Below are positions 19,616 to 28,698 of a stretch of DNA of 64,000 bases, in pieces. Position numbers and translations under genes: made by a program. This stretch comes from Clostridiaceae bacterium Marseille-Q4149. GTDB lineage: Bacteria; Bacteroidota; Bacteroidia; Bacteroidales; Bacteroidaceae. Below the pieces are notes generated by a model. It was not told the origin of the DNA, searched no databases, and was given only the letters and a program-made list of their open reading frames with translations. Each line of letters opens with the position of its first letter. The stretch's first letter is position 1. The stretch is from assembly GCA_963644855.1 (NCBI GenBank), contig CAVIQL010000001.1:29105-93104 (forward strand), read 5' to 3'.

Positions 19616-22463
19616 CAAAATAAATCCCGAAGATTATTCCCAAGACAATATAATTGTACTCGGCGCAAGGGTAAACAACCTCAAGAATATTGACGTTGTA
19701 ATTCCACGGAACAGTCTTACTGTTGTTACTGGGCTAAGTGGAAGTGGAAAAAGTTCCCTTGCTTTTGACACAATATACGCTGAAGGGCAGCGAAGATATA
19801 TTGAAACTTTCTCTGCATACGCGAGAAATTTCATGGATCACCTTGAACGCCCGGATATGGACAAGATTGTTGGCTTGAGTCCTGTGATAAGCATAGAACA
19901 AAAGACTACCAATCGTAATCCGCGCTCAACCGTTGGCACAACAACCGAGATATATGATTATCTTCGCCTTTTGATGGCGCGAATAGGCGATGCACACTCT
20001 TATGTTACGGGGGAAAAAATGGTGAGATATTCAAGCGAACAATTACTGTCCTTGATACTCAAAGATTATAATGAACATAAAATATATCTTCTCGCACCGC
20101 TCGTAAGAAGTAGAAAGGGTCATTATAAAGATTTATTTGAAACAGAACGTCGACGTGGTTTCTTAAATGTTAGAATAGATGGAACAATACGAGAAATAAC
20201 GCGCGGATTAAAACTTGATAGATATAAAAATCATGATATAGAACTTGTTGTGGACAAACTTGTTGTTCACGACAAGGATATAGAGCGGCTAAAAAAAAGT
20301 GTGGGTATCGCGCTTGATAGGGGAAATGGTCTTGTTATGGTTCAAGACGCTACCGATTCTACGATAAAATATTATTCGCGTAGACTAATGTGCCCTACTT
20401 CCGGAATCTCTTATCGCGACCCTGCACCGAACAATTTCTCTTTTAATACAACAATTGGAGCGTGCCCCAAATGCAAAGGCATAGGCTATATAAGCGCTAT
20501 AGATATTGACAAGGTTATTCCTGATAGAAAAAAAACAATCAAAGATGGCGCTATATTACCATTGGGAAAGGCGCACAACTCTTTGATTTTTTTGAAAATC
20601 GAAGCTCTTTTGCAGAATTACGATTGTGATTTGAACACTCCGGTAGAAGAAATCCCAGAAGAGGCTATAGATGAAATTCTAAATGGTTCGAACGAACAAG
20701 TAAGAATTCCTGCGACCAAAATACATACTACTACAGATTTCCATACAGATTTCGAAGGACTGGCTCGGTATATTGAAGCGGTGGCACAAAGAGACGATTC
20801 TGCTTCAATGCGCAAATGGGTTGAACAGTTTGCCACAAAAAAAGTATGTCCTGTTTGTCATGGTGCCCGTCTTAACGAGGAAGCGTTGCATTATCGCATA
20901 AACGGAAAGAATATCTACGAGCTTGCCACGATGGATATCAAAGAACTTGCAGAGTGGATGGCTCATGTGGAGGAAAATCTTACGGAACGGCAGATAAAAA
21001 TAGGACACGAAATTATCAAAGAGATATGTAAACGATTGAATTTCTTGCTTGATGTAGGACTTGATTATCTTTCGTTGTCTCGTGCTTCGGCAACGCTTTC
21101 CGGAGGCGAGGGGCAGCGCATAAGATTAGCTACACAAATCGGTTCGGGACTTGTTAATGTGTTGTACATCCTTGATGAACCGAGTATCGGATTGCATGAA
21201 CGTGATAACGTAAGGCTTATAAAATCGTTGAAAAAGCTTCGCAATATGGGCAATACGATTATAGTCGTAGAGCACGACAGAAAGATGATGCTTTCAGCCG
21301 ACTATGTCGTCGATTTAGGTCCCAAGGCGGGAAGGCTCGGTGGCGAAGTGGTGTTTCAAGGTACGGTGGAACAAATGTTGAAAAGCAATACCTTGACGGC
21401 TAATTACCTTAACGGAACAACGAAAATAGAAATACCTCCAACGAGACGCAAGCCTCAAAAAGGTAAGACTATTAAAATAGTGGGAGCAACGGGTAATAAT
21501 CTTAAAGAAACTGATATAGAAATTCCTTTAGGTGTCCTCGTTTGTGTAACAGGTGTTTCTGGCAGCGGAAAATCAACAATCATTAATGACACATTGCTGC
21601 CAATTCTTTCACAAAAACTCAATGGTTCACAGCGAGAGCCTTTGCCATACCAGAAAATCATTGGTATTGAAAATATCAACAAGGTTGTAAATGTTGATCA
21701 AAGTCCTGTGGGACGTACCCCCCGTTCCAATCCAGCGACATATTGCGGCGTTTTCTCGGATATAAGAAATTTGTTTGCAGCAATGCCCGAGGCAAAAATC
21801 AGAGGGTATAATGCTGGGAGATTTTCCTTTAATGTGAGTGGCGGAAGGTGCGAAACGTGCAAGGGAAACGGCTTCAAAACCATAGAAATGAACTTCATGC
21901 CATCGGTATATGTGCCGTGTGAAGAATGTCATGGCAAACGTTACAATCGTGAAACACTTGAGGTGCGTTTTAGAGGCAAGAGTATTTCAGATGTGCTTGA
22001 TATGACGATAAACCAAGCCGTTGATTTTTTTGAAAACATACCATCTATCGTAAATAAGATAAAGACTTTGCAGGAGGTAGGCATGGGATATATAAAACTC
22101 GGGCAATCTTCTACAACTTTGTCGGGAGGAGAAAGCCAGAGGGTGAAACTTGCTGCCGAATTGTCCAAACGTGATACAGGAAAGACCCTTTATATTCTTG
22201 ACGAACCTACAACAGGGTTGCATTTTGAGGATATTCGTGTGCTGATGTCGGTGCTTAACCGACTCGTTGGCAAAGGCAACACGGTTGTTGTCATAGAGCA
22301 TAATCTCGATGTGATTAAACAGGCGGACTACATTATAGATATGGGGCCCGAAGGCGGAGTAAACGGTGGACGTGTGGTTTCTACGGGAACTCCCGAAGAG
22401 ATTGTTTCCAAAGGAGTGGGGTATACTGCAAAATATCTTGCGGAAGAATTGGAGCGAAAATAA
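19587..22463 (+). CDS. uvrA: Excinuclease ABC subunit A
   Basis: [46 protein letters not shown], zinc-finger Cys pairs, second ABC module [11 protein letters not shown]. The ORF opens at GTG 19581; the first ATG is at 19587. Confidence 0.97.
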   Translation: MNHLTRTTTNKINPEDYSQDNIIVLGARVNNLKNIDVVIPRNSLTVVTGLSGSGKSSLAFDTIYAEGQRRYIETFSAYARNFMDHLERPDMDKIVGLSPVISIEQKTTNRNPRSTVGTTTEIYDYLRLLMARIGDAHSYVTGEKMVRYSSEQLLSLILKDYNEHKIYLLAPLVRSRKGHYKDLFETERRRGFLNVRIDGTIREITRGLKLDRYKNHDIELVVDKLVVHDKDIERLKKSVGIALDRGNGLVMVQDATDSTIKYYSRRLMCPTSGISYRDPAPNNFSFNTTIGACPKCKGIGYISAIDIDKVIPDRKKTIKDGAILPLGKAHNSLIFLKIEALLQNYDCDLNTPVEEIPEEAIDEILNGSNEQVRIPATKIHTTTDFHTDFEGLARYIEAVAQRDDSASMRKWVEQFATKKVCPVCHGARLNEEALHYRINGKNIYELATMDIKELAEWMAHVEENLTERQIKIGHEIIKEICKRLNFLLDVGLDYLSLSRASATLSGGEGQRIRLATQIGSGLVNVLYILDEPSIGLHERDNVRLIKSLKKLRNMGNTIIVVEHDRKMMLSADYVVDLGPKAGRLGGEVVFQGTVEQMLKSNTLTANYLNGTTKIEIPPTRRKPQKGKTIKIVGATGNNLKETDIEIPLGVLVCVTGVSGSGKSTIINDTLLPILSQKLNGSQREPLPYQKIIGIENINKVVNVDQSPVGRTPRSNPATYCGVFSDIRNLFAAMPEAKIRGYNAGRFSFNVSGGRCETCKGNGFKTIEMNFMPSVYVPCEECHGKRYNRETLEVRFRGKSISDVLDMTINQAVDFFENIPSIVNKIKTLQEVGMGYIKLGQSSTTLSGGESQRVKLAAELSKRDTGKTLYILDEPTTGLHFEDIRVLMSVLNRLVGKGNTVVVIEHNLDVIKQADYIIDMGPEGGVNGGRVVSTGTPEEIVSKGVGYTAKYLAEELERK

Positions 22464-22464
22464 G

Positions 22465-22962
22465 ATGAGTAAAAACAAAGACATAAAGAAAACAAACGTG
22501 GCGCGGCTTCTCGATCGCGACAAGGTAGAATATGGATTGGTGGAGTATAATGTTCACGAGAGTGATTTAGGTGCGCAACATGTTGCCGAACAACTTGGCG
22601 AAGATGTGAAACAAGTGTTCAAAACCATTGTTTTGCATGGCGACAAGAATGGTAATTTTGTGTGTGTTGTGCCGGGTGATTCTGAAATCGACCTGAAGAA
22701 AGCTGCCTGTGTTAGCGGAAATAAAAAATGTGCTCCGCTCCCGTTGAAAGAACTTCTGCCTACCACGGGATATATACGCGGCGGGTGCTCGCCGATAGGT
22801 ATGAAGAAACTTTTCCCGACGTATATAAACGTATCGGCAAAGGATTTCGATTTTATTTATGTGAGTGCCGGCATTCGCGGCTTGCAGGTTAGAATTTCTC
22901 CAACCGATTTGGCTAAGGAGGTAAACGCTGAGTTTGCCGACGTAATAATGGAAAATCAATAA
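22465..22962 (+). CDS. ybaK: Cys-tRNA(Pro)/Cys-tRNA(Cys) deacylase YbaK/EbsC
   Basis: TNVARLLD...VFKTIVL...GYIRGGCSPIGMKK motifs. Start moved to the ATG at 22465, just after the uvrA stop. Confidence 0.85.
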   Translation: MSKNKDIKKTNVARLLDRDKVEYGLVEYNVHESDLGAQHVAEQLGEDVKQVFKTIVLHGDKNGNFVCVVPGDSEIDLKKAACVSGNKKCAPLPLKELLPTTGYIRGGCSPIGMKKLFPTYINVSAKDFDFIYVSAGIRGLQVRISPTDLAKEVNAEFADVIMENQ

Positions 22963-22982
22963 CAATCAAAAAATATAATAGT

Positions 22983-24500
22983 ATGTTTGAAGGACAACCC
23001 AAAGGTCTATGGATCTTATCTCTTGCAAATACGGGAGAGCGTTTTGGTTATTACACCATGCTTGCCGTCTTTGCGCTGTTTCTCGGTGAAAACTTTGGTT
23101 TTAATGCCGGTACGGCATCGGAAATCTATACATGGTTTCTCACTGCGGTTTATTTTCTCCCTCTTTTCGGTGGTATGGCTGCTGACAAATGGGGATACAA
23201 CAAGATGGTGATTATTGGTATCGTCATTATGTTTCTTGGCTACTTCTTTCTCTCCATACCATTGGGTGGAGGTACGGCCGCGGTAATTGCCATGGGAGCA
23301 GCATTGCTGCTCGTTAGTCTCGGAACAGGCTTCTTTAAGGGCAATCTGCAAGTTATGGTGGGCGACCTTTATAATACGCCCGAGTATGCCGGACAGCGTG
23401 ATGCCGGTTTCTCATTGTTTTATATGGCAATCAATATTGGTGCACTTTTTGCTCCTACGGCTGCTACACGTATCATGGACTGGGCGCAAATGTCGCTTGG
23501 CTTTTCAAAGGCCGACTCATATCATTTTGCCTTTGCCGTAGCTTGTGTTTCTGTTGTGGTGAGCATTTTGGTTTATTTCCTTGGAAAATCCACTTACAAG
23601 CAGGTGCTTGTTTCAAAGAAAAACGATGAGCTCAATTCGAAGGCCAATTCTATCGATGATGAAATGAGTCCTGCCGAAACCAAAGAACGCATTGTGTGTC
23701 TCGTTCTCGTTTTTGCCGTTGTGATATTCTTCTGGATGGCATTTCATCAGAATGGTTTGACGCTCACATGGTTTGCCGATGAGTTTACTGCGCGTGAAGC
23801 TACCGGCGTAACGGGTATGGAGTTTAGCGTAATCAATCTTGTTTGGTGCATCGCTATTGTGTTTGGTATTTGCGGCCTTCTTACCACAAGGAATACTTCT
23901 GCAAAATCCATAATCTGCAATCTGCTTTTGATTATAGTTCCTGCAGCCATTTTGGGATATACTTATATGGAGACAGGTTCGGACGTTGTAAAGATTGACG
24001 CTCCTATATTCCAGCAGTTCAACCCTTGTTTTGTTGTAGCATTGACTCCTGTGAGCATAGCACTCTTTGGTTGGCTGGCACGAAAGGGCAAAGAGCCCAA
24101 GGCTCCCGTAAAGATAGGCTTGGGTATGCTTGTTGCTGCATGTGCCTACCTTTTGATGACAGTTTCGAGCATAGGTTTGCCGGCAACCGACCACCCAAAT
24201 CACGTGGCAGACTTTAATCCCAATCTTCTTGTAAGTACTTATCTCATACTTACGTTTGCCGAGTTGTTGTTGTCGCCTATTGGAATTTCGTTTGTTACCA
24301 AAGTAGCTCCGAGTAAGTACAAAGGTATGATGATGGGCGGTTGGTTTGTTGCCACTGCAATTGGCAACAAACTGGTGTCAATTCCAGGCCACATGTGGGA
24401 CAAACCGCTTCCTGTGGTATGGGGAACGCTTATGGTGATATGCCTCGTAGCAGCACTCTTCATATTCTCGATAATTAAGAAACTCAACAGAGTTAGTTAA
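22983..24500 (+). CDS. Proton-dependent oligopeptide transporter (POT/PTR2 family)
   Basis: GERFGYYTMLAVFALFL and FGGMAADKWGY signature regions; about 12-14 TM helices. Confidence 0.88.
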   Translation: MFEGQPKGLWILSLANTGERFGYYTMLAVFALFLGENFGFNAGTASEIYTWFLTAVYFLPLFGGMAADKWGYNKMVIIGIVIMFLGYFFLSIPLGGGTAAVIAMGAALLLVSLGTGFFKGNLQVMVGDLYNTPEYAGQRDAGFSLFYMAINIGALFAPTAATRIMDWAQMSLGFSKADSYHFAFAVACVSVVVSILVYFLGKSTYKQVLVSKKNDELNSKANSIDDEMSPAETKERIVCLVLVFAVVIFFWMAFHQNGLTLTWFADEFTAREATGVTGMEFSVINLVWCIAIVFGICGLLTTRNTSAKSIICNLLLIIVPAAILGYTYMETGSDVVKIDAPIFQQFNPCFVVALTPVSIALFGWLARKGKEPKAPVKIGLGMLVAACAYLLMTVSSIGLPATDHPNHVADFNPNLLVSTYLILTFAELLLSPIGISFVTKVAPSKYKGMMMGGWFVATAIGNKLVSIPGHMWDKPLPVVWGTLMVICLVAALFIFSIIKKLNRVS

Positions 24501-24528
24501 ACGTTCCACCTTATCAAATTGATATAAT

Positions 24529-24566
24529 AGCAAGGCGTGCCGCTAATTCATGCGGTGCGCCTTGCT
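24529..24566 (+). terminator. Hairpin after the POT transporter gene
   Basis: 15-bp stem agcaaggcgtgccgc / gcggtgcgccttgct with two G-U pairs. The T-tract is weak. Confidence 0.5.
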
Positions 24567-24637
24567 TGTGCTTGTAAAGTGTTGGAATATGTTGTGGCAT
24601 AATTGATTATGTGCTTTGTGGAAAAAGGACTTGATGT

Positions 24638-24725
24638 CGCAAAAATTCCAAGCCTTGGAATTTAAATTAGGTCGGAACTTGTTTTTGCGATATCGGACAT
24701 AGTTTTTTCGTAATGCCGTAAAAGG
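24638..24725. repeat. Repeat family locus R6
   Basis: aaaaattCCAAGcCTTGGaatttaaattaggtcggaacttgtttttgcgatatcggacatagttttttcg. Confidence 0.7.
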
Positions 24726-24994
24726 AAAAAATAAAGGCTGACGGAGTGTTCAAAATACGTTTTTAAGCACAGAAAATGCCTAATAGGTTGTAGAAAATGG
24801 TGCGCTTTTATTGCACATAGGTTTGTTGGTGCGTGCAATTTTGTATGTATACATAGCAAAACGGGTATTTTTGATTGTTTTATTTGAAACAAAATATTAT
24901 ATTGGTGTTATATGTTGATAATTAGAGGTGTATATTTTTTGAAATGCTAAATAGTGTAGAGGATTAACAAAAAAGATTGTTAAACGAAATGTTT

Positions 24995-25027
24995 TTTGCG
25001 GCTTTTTTCTGCGTTAAAGTAACTTTG
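24995..25027 (+). promoter_or_regulatory. Promoter of the TPR/oxidoreductase operon (-33 TTTG, -7 TAACTTTG)
   Basis: TTTG at 24995-24998, a 21-nt spacer, then TAACTTTG at 25020-25027. This matches the Bacteroides TTTG-N19-21-TAnnTTTG consensus. The ATG is at 25053. Confidence 0.6.
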
Positions 25028-25052
25028 CGTTCGGAAAAAGCAGAGTATTCTG

Positions 25053-25340
25053 ATGAACAAGATTACCGAAAACGAATTGTCTGAAATAAAGAATTTGCTT
25101 GAAGCAAACCAAACCGGTAAGGCTATTGGCAAACTCAATGAAATGATTCGGCTTTTCCCACAAAACGACGAACTTCTATATATGCGTGGAAACGCAAAGC
25201 GCAAAAACGGCGAATGGTCTGAGGCAATAAACGACTATCTTGCCGCTGTGGCAGTAAATCCAGAGAGCCCGGCACAACAAGCTGCCGAAATGCTCGGCGA
25301 TATATTGGAGTTTAGGAACAAAGACTTGTATAATCAATAA
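25053..25340 (+). CDS. Small tetratricopeptide-repeat protein
   Basis: 95 aa, TPR-like helical repeats (LYMRGNAKRKNGEWSEAINDYLAAVAVNP). Confidence 0.6.
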   Translation: MNKITENELSEIKNLLEANQTGKAIGKLNEMIRLFPQNDELLYMRGNAKRKNGEWSEAINDYLAAVAVNPESPAQQAAEMLGDILEFRNKDLYNQ

Positions 25341-25346
25341 CAAAAG

Positions 25347-25377
25347 GGGCGGAGAATGTAAACATCTGCCCGTTTTT
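25347..25377 (+). terminator. Intra-operon hairpin plus T-run (terminator/attenuator) between the TPR gene and the ferredoxin gene
   Basis: gggcgga / tctgccc stem (25347-25353 / 25365-25371) followed by gttttt. Confidence 0.45.
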
Positions 25378-25394
25378 GATAAATATAAATTGAT

Positions 25395-25625
25395 ATGGGA
25401 AAAATGAGAGGTGCAATAGTCGTAAACGTAGAGGCTTGCAAAGGTTGCCAGTTGTGCGTTGCGGCATGCCCTACAAAGATTTTAGCACTCGCTCCTGCAA
25501 AAGTCAACCACAAAGGGTATCCCTATGTGGAAATGACCGATTGGGAAAAATGCACAGGCTGTGCTTCGTGCGGCATAGTGTGCCCTGATAGTTGTATCAC
25601 GGTTTATCGCAAACGCGAGGAGTAG
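25395..25625 (+). CDS. 4Fe-4S dicluster ferredoxin subunit (delta) of 2-oxoacid:ferredoxin oxidoreductase
   Basis: Two CxxCxxCxxxCP motifs (CKGCQLCVAACP, CTGCASCGIVCP). Confidence 0.88.
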   Translation: MGKMRGAIVVNVEACKGCQLCVAACPTKILALAPAKVNHKGYPYVEMTDWEKCTGCASCGIVCPDSCITVYRKREE

Positions 25626-25653
25626 AGTAGCAAGAAAAATATTATAGAAGATT

Positions 25654-26748
25654 ATGAATGAATCGAATGTTGTTTTATTGAAAGGCAACGAGGCAATAGC
25701 CCACGCCGCCATTCGTTGCGGCGCAGACGCATTCTTCGGCTATCCTATCACACCGCAATCCGAAGTTCTCGAAACTCTGGCACTCCTTAAGCCATGGGAA
25801 ACAACCGGAATGGTAGTGTTGCAAGCCGAAAGCGAAGTTGCTTCCATCAACATGCTCTATGGGGCAGGCGGTACCGGAAAACGTGCATTCACTTCCTCGT
25901 CAAGTCCCGGCGTAGCTCTGATGCAAGAAGGAATAACCTATATGGCGGGGGCAGAAATACCAGGCCTTATAGTAAATGTGCAGCGTGGCGGTCCTGGATT
26001 AGGCACCATACAGCCAAGTCAAAGCGACTATAACCAAGCAACGCGAGGCGGTGGAAACGGAGATTACAATGTTATCGTGCTTGCACCTTATTCTGTGCAG
26101 GAAATGGCAGACTTTGTGGATCTCGCATTCAACCTTGCTTTTAAATATCGCAATCCCGCAATGATTCTTTCCGATGGTGTTATTGGTCAAATGATGGAAC
26201 GTGTGGTTCTTCCGCCTATAAAACCGCGCCGTACCGAAGAAGAAATTGCAAAGGAGTGTCCTTGGGCAACCAATGGGCACGGACTTAAAAACCGTAAGCC
26301 GAATATTCTCACTTCTCTCGAACTTGATCCTGCAATAATGGAGCAACGTAATTTGCATTTGCAGAGAAAATACGAGGAAATCAGAAAAAATGAAATCCGT
26401 TTCGAAGCAACGCAATGCGAAGATGCCGACTATATTATCGTAGCATTCGGCTCGGCTGCGCGAATAGCTCAGAAAGCAGTGGATATGGCGCGTGCCGAAG
26501 GATTGAAACTCGGTTTGTTCCGTCCCATAACCCTTTGGCCGTTCCCGTATAAGCAATTGAACGAACTTTCACACAAGGTAAAGGGTATGCTTGTTGCTGA
26601 AATCAATGCGGGACAGATGATATTCGACGTGAAAATGGCTGCTGCCGAAAGCGGAATACCTGTAGAACATTACGGACGCCTTGGCGGTATGATTCCAACG
26701 CCCGACGAAATAATTTCAGCGTTGAAAGAAAAGGTGATAAAGAAATAA
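25654..26748 (+). CDS. 2-oxoacid:ferredoxin oxidoreductase alpha subunit (VorB/KorA-like)
   Basis: LLKGNEAIAHAAIRCGADAFFGYPITPQSE N-terminus typical of OFOR alpha subunits. Confidence 0.88.
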   Translation: MNESNVVLLKGNEAIAHAAIRCGADAFFGYPITPQSEVLETLALLKPWETTGMVVLQAESEVASINMLYGAGGTGKRAFTSSSSPGVALMQEGITYMAGAEIPGLIVNVQRGGPGLGTIQPSQSDYNQATRGGGNGDYNVIVLAPYSVQEMADFVDLAFNLAFKYRNPAMILSDGVIGQMMERVVLPPIKPRRTEEEIAKECPWATNGHGLKNRKPNILTSLELDPAIMEQRNLHLQRKYEEIRKNEIRFEATQCEDADYIIVAFGSAARIAQKAVDMARAEGLKLGLFRPITLWPFPYKQLNELSHKVKGMLVAEINAGQMIFDVKMAAAESGIPVEHYGRLGGMIPTPDEIISALKEKVIKK

Positions 26749-26752
26749 AATC

Positions 26753-26995
26753 ATGGCAGAAGAGACCCAAATGCCGCAGTTCCCGCGTCATGAGCGCGAC
26801 AAAAAGGCTGAAAGCCGCAGCAGATTTGCTTTGCGTCAAATCATGAACCTTCTCTTTATTCTGGGAGTGGTTGTGCTGATAGTTTTCTACTTTGTGCGTC
26901 CGGGAATTCAAAGCAGTCCGGCGTATATAATATCTGGAATGTTTGTGGTATTGGTTAAAATTGCCGAGATGATAATACGCTATCTTCCCAAATAG
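26753..26995 (+). CDS. Small 2-TM membrane protein embedded in the OFOR operon
   Basis: 80 aa, charged N-terminus then two hydrophobic helices; tight spacing to both flanking genes. Confidence 0.5.
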   Translation: MAEETQMPQFPRHERDKKAESRSRFALRQIMNLLFILGVVVLIVFYFVRPGIQSSPAYIISGMFVVLVKIAEMIIRYLPK

Positions 26996-27022
26996 AGATG
27001 GCGTGAAAAAATCAATAGAATT

Positions 27023-27790
27023 ATGACAAGAGAAGAAATAATCCAGCCGGAAAATCTTGTTTACGGTAAAAATACGCTTGTAAACGATACCCCGATGCAC
27101 TATTGTCCGGGGTGTTCCCACGGAGTTGTTCATAAACTTGTGGCAGAAGTGATTGACGAGATGGGACTTTCCGAAAAAACCATCGGGGTATGCCCTGTGG
27201 GGTGTGCGGTATTTGCTTATCGCTATTTGGATATCGACTGGCAGGAAGCCTCGCACGGACGTGCACCTGCCGTTGCCACGGCTTGCAAACGCTTGTGGCC
27301 CGACCGACTTGTGTTTACGTACCAGGGAGACGGCGATTTGGCGTGCATAGGTACGGCCGAAACGATTCATGCTCTCAATCGTGGCGAAAAGATTACCATG
27401 ATTTTCATAAACAATGCCATTTACGGAATGACCGGCGGGCAGATGGCTCCTACAACATTGGTGGGAATGAAAACGTCAACGTGTCCTTATGGTCGCGATG
27501 TCAATATCCACGGTTATCCGTTGAATATTACGGAGCTTGCAGTTAAGCTCGACGGAACGGCATTCGTTTCGCGCCAAAGCGTAGAGACTGTGGGAGCGAT
27601 AAGAAAGGCTAAGAAAGCCATTCGCCATGCTTTTGAAAATTCCATGAAGGGTATCGGTTCTAATCTTGTGGAGATTGTGAGCACGTGTTCTTCGGGTTGG
27701 AAGAAAACTCCCGTAGAAGCCAACAAATGGATGGAGGAAAATATGTTCAAACATTATCAGTTGGGCGATCTAAAAGACGTACAGCCATGA
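27023..27790 (+). CDS. 2-oxoacid:ferredoxin oxidoreductase beta (TPP-binding) subunit
   Basis: YCPGCSHG...GDGD...NNAIYGMTGGQ TPP-binding motifs. Confidence 0.9.
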   Translation: MTREEIIQPENLVYGKNTLVNDTPMHYCPGCSHGVVHKLVAEVIDEMGLSEKTIGVCPVGCAVFAYRYLDIDWQEASHGRAPAVATACKRLWPDRLVFTYQGDGDLACIGTAETIHALNRGEKITMIFINNAIYGMTGGQMAPTTLVGMKTSTCPYGRDVNIHGYPLNITELAVKLDGTAFVSRQSVETVGAIRKAKKAIRHAFENSMKGIGSNLVEIVSTCSSGWKKTPVEANKWMEENMFKHYQLGDLKDVQP

Positions 27791-28323
27791 CAGAAGAGAT
27801 TTTGATTTCAGGATTTGGCGGACAAGGTGTCCTGTCAATGGGAAAAATACTTGCGTATGCAGGAATGATGGAGGGTAAAGAGGTTACCTGGATGCCGGCA
27901 TACGGTCCGGAGCAGCGTGGTGGCACTGCCAATGTAACGGTGATAATAAGCGATGAGAAAATATCGTCTCCTGTGCTGAGTGCATACGACACGGCTATTT
28001 TGCTTAACCAACCCTCGCTCGACAAGTTTGAAAGCAAGGTGAAGCCTGGGGGAATCCTTATTTACGACTCCTTTGGTATAAGCAATCCTCCCACTCGTAC
28101 CGACATTCATTCCTATAAGATTAACGCGATGGACGTTGCTGCGGAATTGAAGATGATGAAAACTTTCAACATGATAGTGCTTGGCGCTTATCTAAAGGTT
28201 CGTCCCATTTTGAACTCCGATGACATTGTTGCGGCATTGAAGAAATCATTGCCCGAACGCCATCACAATCTTATTCCAATGAACGAGCAGGCTATATTAA
28301 AGGGCATGGAACTCATAAAATAG
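27787..28323 (+). CDS. 2-oxoacid:ferredoxin oxidoreductase gamma subunit
   Basis: MTEEILISGFGGQGVLSMGKIL. ATG 27787 overlaps the beta-subunit stop (ATGA). Confidence 0.88.
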   Translation: MTEEILISGFGGQGVLSMGKILAYAGMMEGKEVTWMPAYGPEQRGGTANVTVIISDEKISSPVLSAYDTAILLNQPSLDKFESKVKPGGILIYDSFGISNPPTRTDIHSYKINAMDVAAELKMMKTFNMIVLGAYLKVRPILNSDDIVAALKKSLPERHHNLIPMNEQAILKGMELIK

Positions 28324-28416
28324 TATCTCCTTAATTATAAGAGTCATATCAATAGCGAGTAGTCTCGCAAGAAAGTTTTGATAAGCCGTTGCGGCTTGAT
28401 AAAAAACGGCTGTCGC

Positions 28417-28463
28417 AAAACCATATCCTATATCGATTTTCCGATATAGGATATGGTTTTTCT
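28417..28463 (+). terminator. Strong terminator of the OFOR operon
   Basis: Perfect 19-bp stem aaaaccatatcctatatcg / cgatataggatatggtttt (28417-28435 / 28442-28460) followed by a T-run. Confidence 0.75.
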
Positions 28464-28560
28464 AATGTCAGACCTTTTTTAAAAAAGGTCTGACATTATT
28501 TAAAAAAGGTCCGATATTAGAAAAACAAGATGCCTTGTTGTAAAAACAATGTTTTTTGCG
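28461..28560. repeat. Repeat family locus R7 (includes a 34-nt perfect palindrome at 28464-28497)
   Basis: aatgtcagaccttttttaaaaaaggtctgacattatttaaaaaaggtccgatattagaaaaacaagatgccttgttgtaaaaacaatg. Units are spaced exactly 21 nt. Confidence 0.85.
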
Positions 28561-28662
28561 CGTTTAGAACGGAAATAGAATACGCTTTTGGCAAAAAACG
28601 ATTTTTTGTGGAGAAAAAACGTTTTTGTAACTTAAAAAACTTCATAATTGTAGAAAAAAGAA

Positions 28663-28670
28663 TACCTTTG
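28663..28670 (+). promoter_or_regulatory. -7 box TACCTTTG upstream of the aminotransferase gene
   Basis: TAnnTTTG match 29 nt upstream of ATG 28699. No well-spaced -33. Confidence 0.4.
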
Positions 28671-28698
28671 TAAAATACCTATGTTTAAATAAACAAAA

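Noticed and set aside
26603-27370. 255-aa ORF on the minus strand spanning the OFOR alpha/beta junction
   Set aside because: It is antisense to three tightly packed, well-supported plus-strand genes, and it has no motifs.
28461-28560. Tested whether the periodic repeat arrays are CRISPR arrays
   Set aside because: The period is only 21 nt. There are no unique spacers of 25-40 nt and no cas genes in the window, and the units are degenerate palindromic words plus A/T filler.
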